Virus genome (UHGV): UHGV-0385110
Length of the DNA stretch: 47,876 bases
Reading direction: 5' to 3' (one strand)
Source of the DNA: a virus
A program made the translations under genes and the position numbers. Below, piece after piece: positions 11,147-18,805 of the stretch. The notes below the pieces were generated by a model. It searched no databases. It saw only the letters and a list, made by a program, of their open reading frames with translations, and was not told where the DNA came from. The stretch's first letter is position 1, and each line of letters opens with the position of its first letter.

Positions 11147-11814
11147 TGGTGATCTGGTCGATGTTTGACGGCTCCGGGATTATGGTTAAGCCGTGGGCCG
11201 ATGCAGGGCATGAATGCTACTGCTTTAATTATGATGGTGCGAATCATGGCGGATACGAGTCAATTCGTGTTAAGCACAGCAATATCCACTATATAAATAT
11301 CTGGATTGATGATCTGTTTAATGGCGCCGTGCGGATCATGGGCGTTCCGGCTCCAGGTATCATCTTTGCCTTCCCTGACTGCACCGAATTCGCCGCATCC
11401 GGTGCAAAGCATGGCCATAATGGGGTGGCATCGCTGCATAGCGCCCGCCTTGTTGAGCGAATCGCCGGGAGTTACGGAATTCCCTGGATGGTAGAAAATC
11501 CAGTGGGCAAGATGTCAACACTATGGCGCAAGCCGGATTACTACTTTGACCCGTACGAGTATGGCGGTTACATGGACGGCAGCGAGGAAAGTTTTCACCA
11601 GAAGATGCCAGCTTATGACGGGTACACAAAAAAGACCTGCATTTGGGCTGGCGGAGGGTTTGTAATGCCAGAGAAAAAGCCGGGTCCGATAAATATTGGA
11701 ATGTTCTGGGGATGGAGATGGTTGGGCGGCAAATCTCAGCGCACCAAGCAACTTCGCTCACTAACGCCGCGTGGATTTGCCAGAGCAGTATATGAGGCTA
11801 ATCATGAACGTTGA
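11137..11814 (+). CDS. DNA C5-cytosine methyltransferase-like protein, N-terminal catalytic half only (motifs I, IV, V, VI)
   Basis: 225 aa. SMFDGSGI (FxGxG, motif I). AFPDCTEFAASGA (PC-type motif IV). LHSARLVERIAGSYGIPWMVENPVG (motif V + ENV motif VI). No QRR motif, no target-recognition domain, no motif IX/X. Confidence 0.5.
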   Translation: MCMMVIWSMFDGSGIMVKPWADAGHECYCFNYDGANHGGYESIRVKHSNIHYINIWIDDLFNGAVRIMGVPAPGIIFAFPDCTEFAASGAKHGHNGVASLHSARLVERIAGSYGIPWMVENPVGKMSTLWRKPDYYFDPYEYGGYMDGSEESFHQKMPAYDGYTKKTCIWAGGGFVMPEKKPGPINIGMFWGWRWLGGKSQRTKQLRSLTPRGFARAVYEANHER

Positions 11815-11826
11815 ATTATGAAGAAT

Positions 11827-11852
11827 AAACCCCCTTTCGGGGGTTTTGTTTT
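11827..11852. terminator. bidirectional rho-independent terminator
   Basis: aaaCCCCCtttcGGGGGttttgtttt. Ends the plus-strand island and the minus-strand major tail gene. Confidence 0.6.
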
Positions 11853-12606
11853 ATGCGGTGACGGTGACAACGCACTTGGTCGAGTCAACGTAATCCGGGT
11901 TGGTCGCCGAATCAGTCACGCGGCAGAAGTACGTGCCAGCATCGCCAGTGGAGGCGCTCGCCTTGGTATACGTGGCAGAGGTTGCACCACTAATCGGCGA
12001 CGTGCCTTTGTACCACTGATAAGAGTACGGCTCAACGCCGCCATCTGCGACAACCGGGCCAATCGTCAGAGCTGAGCCGCTAGCAACGCTAAGGGTCGCG
12101 GAGATATCAGTGGTCAGTGCCAGGTCTTCGATACTTGACACGTCAACGGTAGAGCCATCATACGGCTTGAATTCGACCGAGCCAGTGATGATGTCGTTGG
12201 TGCCACCATCATAGCTCAGCGCAGTGATGTTGCAGTAGGCCACGACAACGGTGTTACCAGTGGTCTGGCGAACCCACAGCGACGGCTGACGACGCGCCTT
12301 AACTTCTGTGACAAAATATTTGATGAGGTTATGCACACCGTACTCATCAGCCTTGTCAGCCTTGCGTACTTCGAAGTCGCCGGAAATGGTCAGGTCGGCA
12401 GTCGTTACCAGAGTAGCAACAAAGCCATCACCATCATCGGCCTCGGAGGTGGTGGTACTCGGACTGAAGTCGACACCTTTCGAGGTCATCGGGGCGAAAA
12501 ACTTCCAGTCTTCCTCTGCTGGCACAGCATCCCAGCAGCCATCAGCCAGCTCGATGAGCGACTGGCGACCTGTGATGATGCCGTTATCATTTGCACAAAT
12601 AGCCAT
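11851..12606 (-). CDS. major tail protein with C-terminal Ig-like domain
   Basis: 251 aa. C-terminal ..GGVEPYSYQWYKG..AGTYFCRVTD.. Ig-like signature as on siphovirus major tail proteins. SD GAGGA before ATG at 12606. Confidence 0.7.
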   Translation of the reverse strand: MAICANDNGIITGRQSLIELADGCWDAVPAEEDWKFFAPMTSKGVDFSPSTTTSEADDGDGFVATLVTTADLTISGDFEVRKADKADEYGVHNLIKYFVTEVKARRQPSLWVRQTTGNTVVVAYCNITALSYDGGTNDIITGSVEFKPYDGSTVDVSSIEDLALTTDISATLSVASGSALTIGPVVADGGVEPYSYQWYKGTSPISGATSATYTKASASTGDAGTYFCRVTDSATNPDYVDSTKCVVTVTA

Positions 12607-12651
12607 GTTTAGAATCCTCTGTGTTTAGCCAAACAATCGCATTATATCATG

Positions 12652-12680
12652 TTGACAGGTTTTGATTGGTGGTGTAGATT
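12652..12680 (+). promoter_or_regulatory. canonical sigma70-like promoter TTGACA-17-TAGATT firing into an ORF-less region
   Basis: TTGACA 12652-12657, 17-nt spacer, TAGATT 12675-12680 (ggtgTAGATT motif core). Confidence 0.5.
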
Positions 12681-12922
12681 AAATGGCAGACACAACAGGT
12701 AAGAGCATTAAAGAACTTGCAAAGAGCTTAACGGTCTGCGAAAGCGTTTCCTAGTGGCACAACTGGCAGGTACAACTGAGTGCTCTTTCCGTTGTGGTAA
12801 TGCGGCTATGCGCACGCGGCAAGGTAAAAATAACTCCTTTTGGGTATGCCTGCTGGATTTACCGACCAGCAACATGGAGGCACCATGGCCACAACAATAA
12901 AATGCTGGATAATCGGATGATT

Positions 12923-12947
12923 ACAGGTTCGAATCCTGTCGCTGGAA
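12923..12947 (+). ncRNA. tRNA-like 3-prime fragment (T-arm acagGTTCGAATCctgt plus 7-nt acceptor strand)
   Basis: Canonical T-loop GGTTCGAATCC with 5-bp T-stem, followed by cgctgga + discriminator a. No complete cloverleaf could be folded upstream. Confidence 0.25.
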
Positions 12948-13109
12948 CAACAACTACAAACTAAATGTAGAGGGTAATATGCCATTATTTCCACCAAGCT
13001 CTGATTGGTATAAAAAGCAACGGCTTATGAAGTCAATTAGCCATATAGCAAACCCGCATAAAAGAAAGTCCATGCTAAACACAAAATCACTGTGGATGAA
13101 GGTTAAATA

Positions 13110-13131
13110 GGCCGGTCAGCGGCCTTTTTTA
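13110..13131 (+). terminator. rho-independent terminator for the plus-strand ORF-less transcript
   Basis: GGCCGgtcagCGGCC followed by TTTTTTAT. Confidence 0.45.
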
Positions 13132-13512
13132 TTCACCAAAAACAACCCTCAGCAACAACTCATAAACCGGCCTCTTCTCTGTCGTAAGCGTAGGGCGACC
13201 AAGCGGCGCCTGCAACTGAATCATGCCAATGCAACTATCAACTGGATGTTCTTTGATATATGAGATGACATCAAGCGCTTTTGCTTTTGTCTCCTCGATG
13301 TTGTACTGACCCTGCTGTCCGACAACATAGAGCGAGAAATAATAATCTCCGCCGAGTCCTTTGCTTACGCTCGTGCCGCCATTGGATTGCAGCACCATGA
13401 AGCGCTCTGTACCAACTTCGGTATCGTTCCAGAACTCAAGCTGAGAAGTCCATCCATCATAAAGACCGGCATCACTAAGGTACTGGTCAACAAGCTCAAG
13501 CATATCTCTCAT
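13129..13512 (-). CDS. tail completion / tail terminator protein (putative)
   Basis: 127 aa. Position between connector genes and major tail gene. ATGA overlap with upstream gene. Confidence 0.35.
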   Translation of the reverse strand: MRDMLELVDQYLSDAGLYDGWTSQLEFWNDTEVGTERFMVLQSNGGTSVSKGLGGDYYFSLYVVGQQGQYNIEETKAKALDVISYIKEHPVDSCIGMIQLQAPLGRPTLTTEKRPVYELLLRVVFGE

Positions 13513-13976
13513 TTTAATGTCATCTCTTTTTTAATTACCTGATCGACAAGCTCGCGTGTATTCTCGCCAGCCTTGAGAAGAAATTTAGGCTCTCCGCTCG
13601 GGTCCCAATAGTTTCCCTGCAACGAACCACCACCAAACTCCCTGACCTGCTGCGGCCCGAATTCAGAGCGGTTACTTGTCTTACCAAAGTGTGCGCGCGG
13701 CTGCCCCTTTAGTGTACCCGGTGCATTGTGCACATACAGGGCATATTTTGCTGTATATCCTATCTTCCCGGTTATACGAGTTCCGTTCACCTCAACAGTG
13801 TCATATTGGCTGTTTATGAGGTTGGAGGTATCGACGGGCGTCATGCTGGCTGCTTCAGTGCGGATAATAAAGTTGGCGCTTTTTATGGCCCGCACAGCCT
13901 TTTCACCAGTAATCTCGCCGACTATCTGTTGAGTGCGCTTAATCGCCTGCTGGATACCTCGCATTTTGGCGGCCAT
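13509..13976 (-). CDS. head-tail connector protein, HK97 gp10-like (putative)
   Basis: 155 aa, position and size. Overlapping start/stop with neighbours. Confidence 0.35.
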   Translation of the reverse strand: MAAKMRGIQQAIKRTQQIVGEITGEKAVRAIKSANFIIRTEAASMTPVDTSNLINSQYDTVEVNGTRITGKIGYTAKYALYVHNAPGTLKGQPRAHFGKTSNRSEFGPQQVREFGGGSLQGNYWDPSGEPKFLLKAGENTRELVDQVIKKEMTLK

Positions 13977-13979
13977 ACA

Positions 13980-14324
13980 TCACCCCGTTACCAGCGCAAA
14001 ATCAGGCAGGTCACTGCGGTTTAACGTGTTGCCGTAATTCACGACGTTTCTAATCTGGTCAGCTCCTGCTGCCAGCGGGTCAGCACTGGTAATGGTACCA
14101 TGCATGATGAAGTCGCCAACAGACGCATTCTGGTATTCCGTCCAGAATGTATTTTTCTGTGCGATCTCATTGCCAGCAGTGCCGGTGGTCAGATTTTTAT
14201 CGAAGCCATAATCACACATAATGGCCTCTGGCGCGGCAAATGTTGGCTTGCCATACTTATCCTTGCCAGTAAGCCGCCAGATTGTGCATGGCTGCGTATA
14301 AGTCCACCTGGCTATTGCTGACAT
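13980..14324 (-). CDS. head-tail joining / head closure protein (putative)
   Basis: 114 aa, position in connector series. Confidence 0.3.
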   Translation of the reverse strand: MSAIARWTYTQPCTIWRLTGKDKYGKPTFAAPEAIMCDYGFDKNLTTGTAGNEIAQKNTFWTEYQNASVGDFIMHGTITSADPLAAGADQIRNVVNYGNTLNRSDLPDFALVTG

Positions 14325-14442
14325 GGCGCCACCTCAAGAGTGTAAATCCAGCGCGGAACAGGAAGGCGCAGCAATACCAGAATAACCAGCAGCGGAATGC
14401 TCCATTTACGGATTGCGATATTTACAGTTAATGTTGACGTTT

Positions 14443-14835
14443 TCATCTGCACTTGCTCCCGGTGACAACCCGAAACCACGGCTTTGCTGCCCCATCAGGC
14501 TCTTCCACAAGGTCGCCTGTGCAGTCTGCCGTATCGAGTAGTTTCATCTGATTGTAAAGGGCCATCCACGGCTTGCTGCCATAGCCAAATGACTGCGACG
14601 CACCAGATGGCGCCCGGTGGCTGGTGATGTATCTCCCTGCGGTATTTGAGGCAATCAGGATAGATGCCCATAGCAGAATTGCATCCTGCCTGCATGTGTC
14701 TTCAGGGTAATTAAGCTCAAGACACTCTGTGATGCTCGCCACCAGGCACAGGATGCCCGTTGCGTCTGCTGTGGTGATAGTTACGCCTCTTGACGCCATG
14801 GCGGCGACAAGTTCACTTGCTGTCGGTGCTGCCAT
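14443..14835 (-). CDS. hypothetical structural protein (likely start at internal Met MAAPTASE with SD GGGAGAG)
   Basis: ORF open from 14904. ATG at 14835 has a Shine-Dalgarno, and the upstream part overlaps the preceding gene. Confidence 0.3.
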   Translation of the reverse strand: MAAPTASELVAAMASRGVTITTADATGILCLVASITECLELNYPEDTCRQDAILLWASILIASNTAGRYITSHRAPSGASQSFGYGSKPWMALYNQMKLLDTADCTGDLVEEPDGAAKPWFRVVTGSKCR

Positions 14836-15100
14836 TCTTTTTGCTCTCCCGAATCTTCCACCACATCTCGAAAAGGTTTTTTGCCACCAGTGATAGCGCG
14901 CCAAGTATAGAGGCTACCGCTGCCCACTCGGTAATCGAATGGGGGATCATTGAGGCAATGTATGATTGCGCTACCGGCGTTTGCTCCGCCACCTTCAGGC
15001 CAAGGCCCGTGCCGATGGATGTATAACCTGCTTTGTCGATTACCTGGCCGACAGTGCCACTAATTATCTGGTTTGCGGCGTGCTGAAGCGCGTCTCTCAT
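14813..15100 (-). CDS. hypothetical protein with C-terminal transmembrane helix
   Basis: 95 aa, ..WAAVASILGALSLVAKNLF.. TM segment. Confidence 0.3.
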   Translation of the reverse strand: MRDALQHAANQIISGTVGQVIDKAGYTSIGTGLGLKVAEQTPVAQSYIASMIPHSITEWAAVASILGALSLVAKNLFEMWWKIRESKKNGSTDSK

Positions 15101-15261
15101 TAATTATTCTCCGAATGATGAACTTCCAGCATCTGTACACCTGAACCAGCGAAAACGCCATGACGATAACGCCGATTGCTATATCCAATTTCGCCGCCTT
15201 ACGTTTTTCAGGACGGAACAGCGCGGGGTGAGTGTTGTTGGTTTAATTTTATCATAAAGTG

Positions 15262-15290
15262 TTGACGTAGATTGAGGGTGCCGCTATAGT
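15262..15290 (+). promoter_or_regulatory. sigma70-like promoter TTGACG-17-TATAGT containing the 12-mer TTGACGTAGATT; second copy gtGACGTAGAAa at 15292..15303
   Basis: TTGACG 15262-15267, TATAGT 15285-15290. Heads the ParB-like operon. Confidence 0.5.
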
Positions 15291-15312
15291 GGTGACGTAG
15301 AAACAACAATAA

Positions 15313-15576
15313 ATGTTAGAGGTGATGAAGATGAAAGGTTTTAAAGGTACGCCGGGACCGTGGTTTTGGCAAGGCGGTGTGTTATGTAACAAGGATTTTA
15401 TTATTGGGGGTCTCGGGCACAACTTCAACAATCAGGCCAACAAGAATCTAATCACAGCTGCGCCGGAACTATTAGAAGCGTTACAGTTAATAATGAACGG
15501 TGATTTCTATATGCCAAAAGAATCTGCTGATGTTGCAAGATTGGCCATCGCCAAAGCAATCGGAGAATCCCAATGA
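15313..15576 (+). CDS. hypothetical protein
   Basis: 87 aa, first gene of the plus-strand operon. Confidence 0.4.
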   Translation: MLEVMKMKGFKGTPGPWFWQGGVLCNKDFIIGGLGHNFNNQANKNLITAAPELLEALQLIMNGDFYMPKESADVARLAIAKAIGESQ

Positions 15577-15689
15577 TCCGCCACGAAATCCGTAAAGAAG
15601 ACCTGAAAGAATGGCGTAAGTTCAAAATAAATCTTGCGTTAATCGTTATCGGATTCGCCATTGCCAGCGCAATCTGTTTATCAAAGTGA
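15573..15689 (+). CDS. small membrane peptide (38 aa)
   Basis: ATGA overlap with preceding stop. ..INLALIVIGFAIASAICL.. TM helix. Confidence 0.25.
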   Translation: MIRHEIRKEDLKEWRKFKINLALIVIGFAIASAICLSK

Positions 15690-15696
15690 GGAAAAG

Positions 15697-16512
15697 ATGA
15701 CATCTCTCGGAAAAATTTACTCAGACAAAGAAACTCGCGGCGGAATCGTGGTCAATAAAGGTTATCAGGTTCCTGTCGACCAGCTTTATCTTGAGCCGGG
15801 TTACAACATCCGCGAAGCCGATGAGCAGCACGTTGAATACTTCGCGCAGTGCTGGGAATCAGGTCAGCCAATCCCGGCGTTAACTGTTATTCCTGATGCC
15901 GACGGAAAGCGCATCAAGATTCTTGACGGCCAGCATCGTTATCTTGGCGCATTGCGTGCCATTGAGCGCGGCGTACCAATTGCGCGCATTGAGTGCAAAG
16001 ACTTCACCGGCGATGAAGCGGATAAAATCGCCTTCATGGTGTCATCCAGTCAGGGTAAGCAACTCGACCCGCTTGAGCGTGCAAAGGCTTATGTGCGCCT
16101 GAAAGGGTTCGGATGGACGAATGAAGAAATCGCCAAGAAGGTAGGTCGCTCCGTTTCTGATGTGCAAATGCACCTGTCATTAGGTGATGTGCCTGACGCC
16201 ATTAAAGAGCGCATCAACTTAGGGCAGATTAGCTACGCCAACGCCGTTGCAGTCGCACGTGAGCATGGCGATGATGCCGTTAACGTTATTGATGCTGCCG
16301 TTGAGGAAGCTAAAGCGCAGGGCAAGGATAAGGTGACGGCGAAAACACTCAAGGCCAAAAAAGTTAAGCCGATTGACCGCCTGATTCAGCTGCTGAAAGA
16401 AGCAGACCATATGGTTGTCGCTGAGGGCCATGTGGCACAGGAGACAGAAGAATTTTTGCGCCTTCCTTCTTCGGAATTGAATGAAGTGCTGGCGATTCTG
16501 GAGAAGCTGTGA
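15697..16512 (+). CDS. ParB/Srx-like nuclease domain protein with C-terminal HTH
   Basis: Start ATG 15697 with SD GTGAGGAAAAG. ..KILDGQHRYLGAL.. ParB-N signature. C-terminal ..NEEIAKKVGRSVSDVQMHLSL.. HTH. Confidence 0.6.
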   Translation: MTSLGKIYSDKETRGGIVVNKGYQVPVDQLYLEPGYNIREADEQHVEYFAQCWESGQPIPALTVIPDADGKRIKILDGQHRYLGALRAIERGVPIARIECKDFTGDEADKIAFMVSSSQGKQLDPLERAKAYVRLKGFGWTNEEIAKKVGRSVSDVQMHLSLGDVPDAIKERINLGQISYANAVAVAREHGDDAVNVIDAAVEEAKAQGKDKVTAKTLKAKKVKPIDRLIQLLKEADHMVVAEGHVAQETEEFLRLPSSELNEVLAILEKL

Positions 16513-16718
16513 TGAGTACATCACTGCTGTCTTTGCTAAGAACTGGTGAATATAGCATCAGAGAAATGGCAAAAATTTTAGGTATATCAAAACATCGTGT
16601 TTCATGGTTCATTGCGGAACTTGAGCGCCGTAAATGGGTAGAGGTTACAAGGTGCGCGATATGGCTTCACGATGGAACACGATCAAATAAACCAAATAAA
16701 TACAGAGTTAAATTATGA
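16512..16718 (+). CDS. small HTH DNA-binding protein
   Basis: TGATG overlap with ParB-like gene. ..YSIREMAKILGISKHRVSWFIAELERRKWV.. HTH. Confidence 0.5.
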   Translation: MSTSLLSLLRTGEYSIREMAKILGISKHRVSWFIAELERRKWVEVTRCAIWLHDGTRSNKPNKYRVKL

Positions 16719-16888
16719 CAGCAGAACAATTCATAGAGAAAAACCTGCGCGAAAAACTGCCAGGCATCGACAACGCGGCTATAGAAGCAGCAATTACCCA
16801 CTACAGGCGCAACCAGGGTGAAAAGAAAGGCAAGATTTTCGATGAATGCCTGAAGGTTGCAAAACAACACATGGTGAAGGTGAAGTGA
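16715..16888 (+). CDS. hypothetical protein (57 aa)
   Basis: ATGA overlap upstream, TGATG overlap downstream, coupled in operon. Confidence 0.35.
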   Translation: MTAEQFIEKNLREKLPGIDNAAIEAAITHYRRNQGEKKGKIFDECLKVAKQHMVKVK

Positions 16889-17424
16889 TGAAATTAAAAG
16901 TTAGCAAGTCGCTCCTTGAAGGTGCTTTGATATTTCAGGCCAAACATGATGCGCGTTACTACCTGAATGGCATTTGCTTTATGCCTGATGGTCGAGTTGC
17001 CGCTACTGACGGTCATCGCGCCATGATTGCCAGTAAGCATGAAAATAAATTGAAAGATAACGTTATCGTTTCTGTCAGCAAGTCGCCAACTAAGCGTTAT
17101 GCGTATGCGCTACTGGACACCAAAACAGGTATTGTTACTTACCATGACGAGCATGAAATCATGGTAGGCGCAGGTATCTGCTCTGAGATTAATGGCCGAT
17201 TCCCTGACATTGATCGTGTTATCCCAAAGAAGACAGCGGCAACAGAGCAAATCGGCTTTAACGCCAAATATCTTGCAGATGTTGAGAAGCTGGCGAAGTT
17301 GTTTAACCCGAAATTTGAAGCGGTTCGCTTTGAACTTAACGGTAATACCAGCGCCGCTGTCGCAAACATCAGTGCGCCTACTGGCGAGACTGCAAAAGTT
17401 ATCGTTATGCCAATGAGGATTTAG
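16888..17424 (+). CDS. hypothetical protein (178 aa)
   Basis: ATG 16888 (MKLKVSK) with SD GGTGAAGGTGAAG. The track ORF starts earlier at a TTG. Confidence 0.45.
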   Translation: MKLKVSKSLLEGALIFQAKHDARYYLNGICFMPDGRVAATDGHRAMIASKHENKLKDNVIVSVSKSPTKRYAYALLDTKTGIVTYHDEHEIMVGAGICSEINGRFPDIDRVIPKKTAATEQIGFNAKYLADVEKLAKLFNPKFEAVRFELNGNTSAAVANISAPTGETAKVIVMPMRI

Positions 17425-17426
17425 TG

Positions 17427-17678
17427 ATGAAAAAGAATGGTGTTTTTACTCAGAATGATGGCTCAAAAGTTTCCCGTCTTGGCGATGGTTATGTTGGCGT
17501 TAAATTTAGCTCTTTCCAGGGTGAGAAGTTAATAGCCATTGCGAATAGCGTAAATCGTGGCGTACCAGGCGATGAAACTGATGATGTTGATGAGCCAGAA
17601 ATTTACATCACATTTAAAGACAACGCCTCAATTCAGCGGCTGATTGATGGCCTTGCTAATCTCCGCGACCATAAGTAA
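17427..17678 (+). CDS. hypothetical protein (83 aa)
   Basis: Stop/start overlap with preceding gene. Last gene before terminator. Confidence 0.45.
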   Translation: MKKNGVFTQNDGSKVSRLGDGYVGVKFSSFQGEKLIAIANSVNRGVPGDETDDVDEPEIYITFKDNASIQRLIDGLANLRDHK

Positions 17679-17680
17679 AC

Positions 17681-17708
17681 AAAGCCCCTTTCGGGGCTTT
17701 TCTTTTAT
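17681..17708. terminator. bidirectional rho-independent terminator
   Basis: aAGCCCCtttcGGGGCTtttctttt. Ends the plus operon and the minus gene 17708..18523. Confidence 0.6.
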
Positions 17709-18523
17709 CACGGAAGATAAGCGTCATCCTCAAACCACGAAACGTAAGCATTGATATTTTGTGCCGCAGTATCCAGTGACGTAATGCGTAACAGGTAGGT
17801 AGTATTAGGCGCCATGATGACCTGTTCACCTAGTTTTGCCTGTGAATTACCCTGCCCCTGGTTTGATGCGTTCCCTTCACTATACGTCGCGGCCACCGTC
17901 AGCTGCCCAATGCTTGTCACAGTAGAGCCAGTCAGAAGCTGCACTGTTGCAGTATGCGGCGCTATGTCATTTTGGTTATTAATCTCCGCAGCGGTGCCGC
18001 CAGTAGCTACAGCTCCACGGTAGATTGACGCTACAACACCTTTACCGGTGTATCCGATTATGCGCTGGTTAAACACAACCTGTTTTGAGCCGGTAATAAA
18101 AATGCTGTCAAGGTTAGCCCCGCCAGCAACATCAGTCACGCGACGCGATGCGGTGAATAGCTTCCCTTGCTTATTGGCAAGCTCCGCATAGGACTGCGCT
18201 ACAACCTGACTTGATGGCACTGAAGTATCAGCTAGCCATACCAGAACTTTCAGGGATGCAACGCCAGCAGGAAGCTGTGACTTGATCACTTTCAGTCGCA
18301 GTGCCACGCCATAATAATTATTATTGTTAACGTCAATCCAGAAGTCACCAGATGCAAACGGAGATACCATTACGGAGACAGAGCCGCTTGTTAATGGTGC
18401 ATGACCTCCGGAAGAGTTTAATGGCACAATCTGCAACTGCAATGCAGTCCAGTCTGCTGACATGGTTTCGCTAAGCAAAACCTCTCCGTCAGCCGGAGTT
18501 GTGTTTATTTCGTACCTGACAGC
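17708..18523 (-). CDS. structural protein of unknown role (271 aa; possible head fibre/decoration or minor capsid protein)
   Basis: Start at MAVRYEIN (SD GGTGG). The longer track start would lie inside the upstream terminator hairpin. Gly/Thr/Ser/Ala-rich beta-type composition. Confidence 0.35.
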   Translation of the reverse strand, partial: AVRYEINTTPADGEVLLSETMSADWTALQLQIVPLNSSGGHAPLTSGSVSVMVSPFASGDFWIDVNNNNYYGVALRLKVIKSQLPAGVASLKVLVWLADTSVPSSQVVAQSYAELANKQGKLFTASRRVTDVAGGANLDSIFITGSKQVVFNQRIIGYTGKGVVASIYRGAVATGGTAAEINNQNDIAPHTATVQLLTGSTVTSIGQLTVAATYSEGNASNQGQGNSQAKLGEQVIMAPNTTYLLRITSLDTAAQNINAYVSWFEDDAYLP

Positions 18524-18567
18524 CATGATAACCACCAATAAAAAACCCGCAAACAAGCGGGTTTATT

Positions 18568-18762
18568 TTACTTGGTTTTCTTCGCCTTTGGCTGCGATTC
18601 TTGCGGAGTTGCAACTTCCAGAATTTTCTCACTAACCGGGCGAAGTTTTGACTCAATGTGCGGAGTCGATTCTTCAATGATATCGCCAATAGCAAGTTCA
18701 CGCAGGCGACCGTCTTTATCCTTGATGAAGATTCCGCTGGCGATTACTTCGTATTTAGCCAT
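18568..18762 (-). CDS. hypothetical protein (64 aa)
   Basis: Between major capsid gene and the 271-aa gene, flanked by hairpin terminators. Confidence 0.35.
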   Translation of the reverse strand: MAKYEVIASGIFIKDKDGRLRELAIGDIIEESTPHIESKLRPVSEKILEVATPQESQPKAKKTK

Positions 18763-18805
18763 GATAACCTCTGATAGTTAAAAGGGGCTATTCGCCCCTT
18801 TATTT

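Noticed and set aside
12865-12947. Attempt to call a complete tRNA around the GGTTCGAATCC T-arm
   Set aside because: Best 5-prime acceptor candidate pairs only 5 of 7. The D-arm would have a 5-nt loop and no convincing anticodon arm. Kept only as a tRNA-like fragment.
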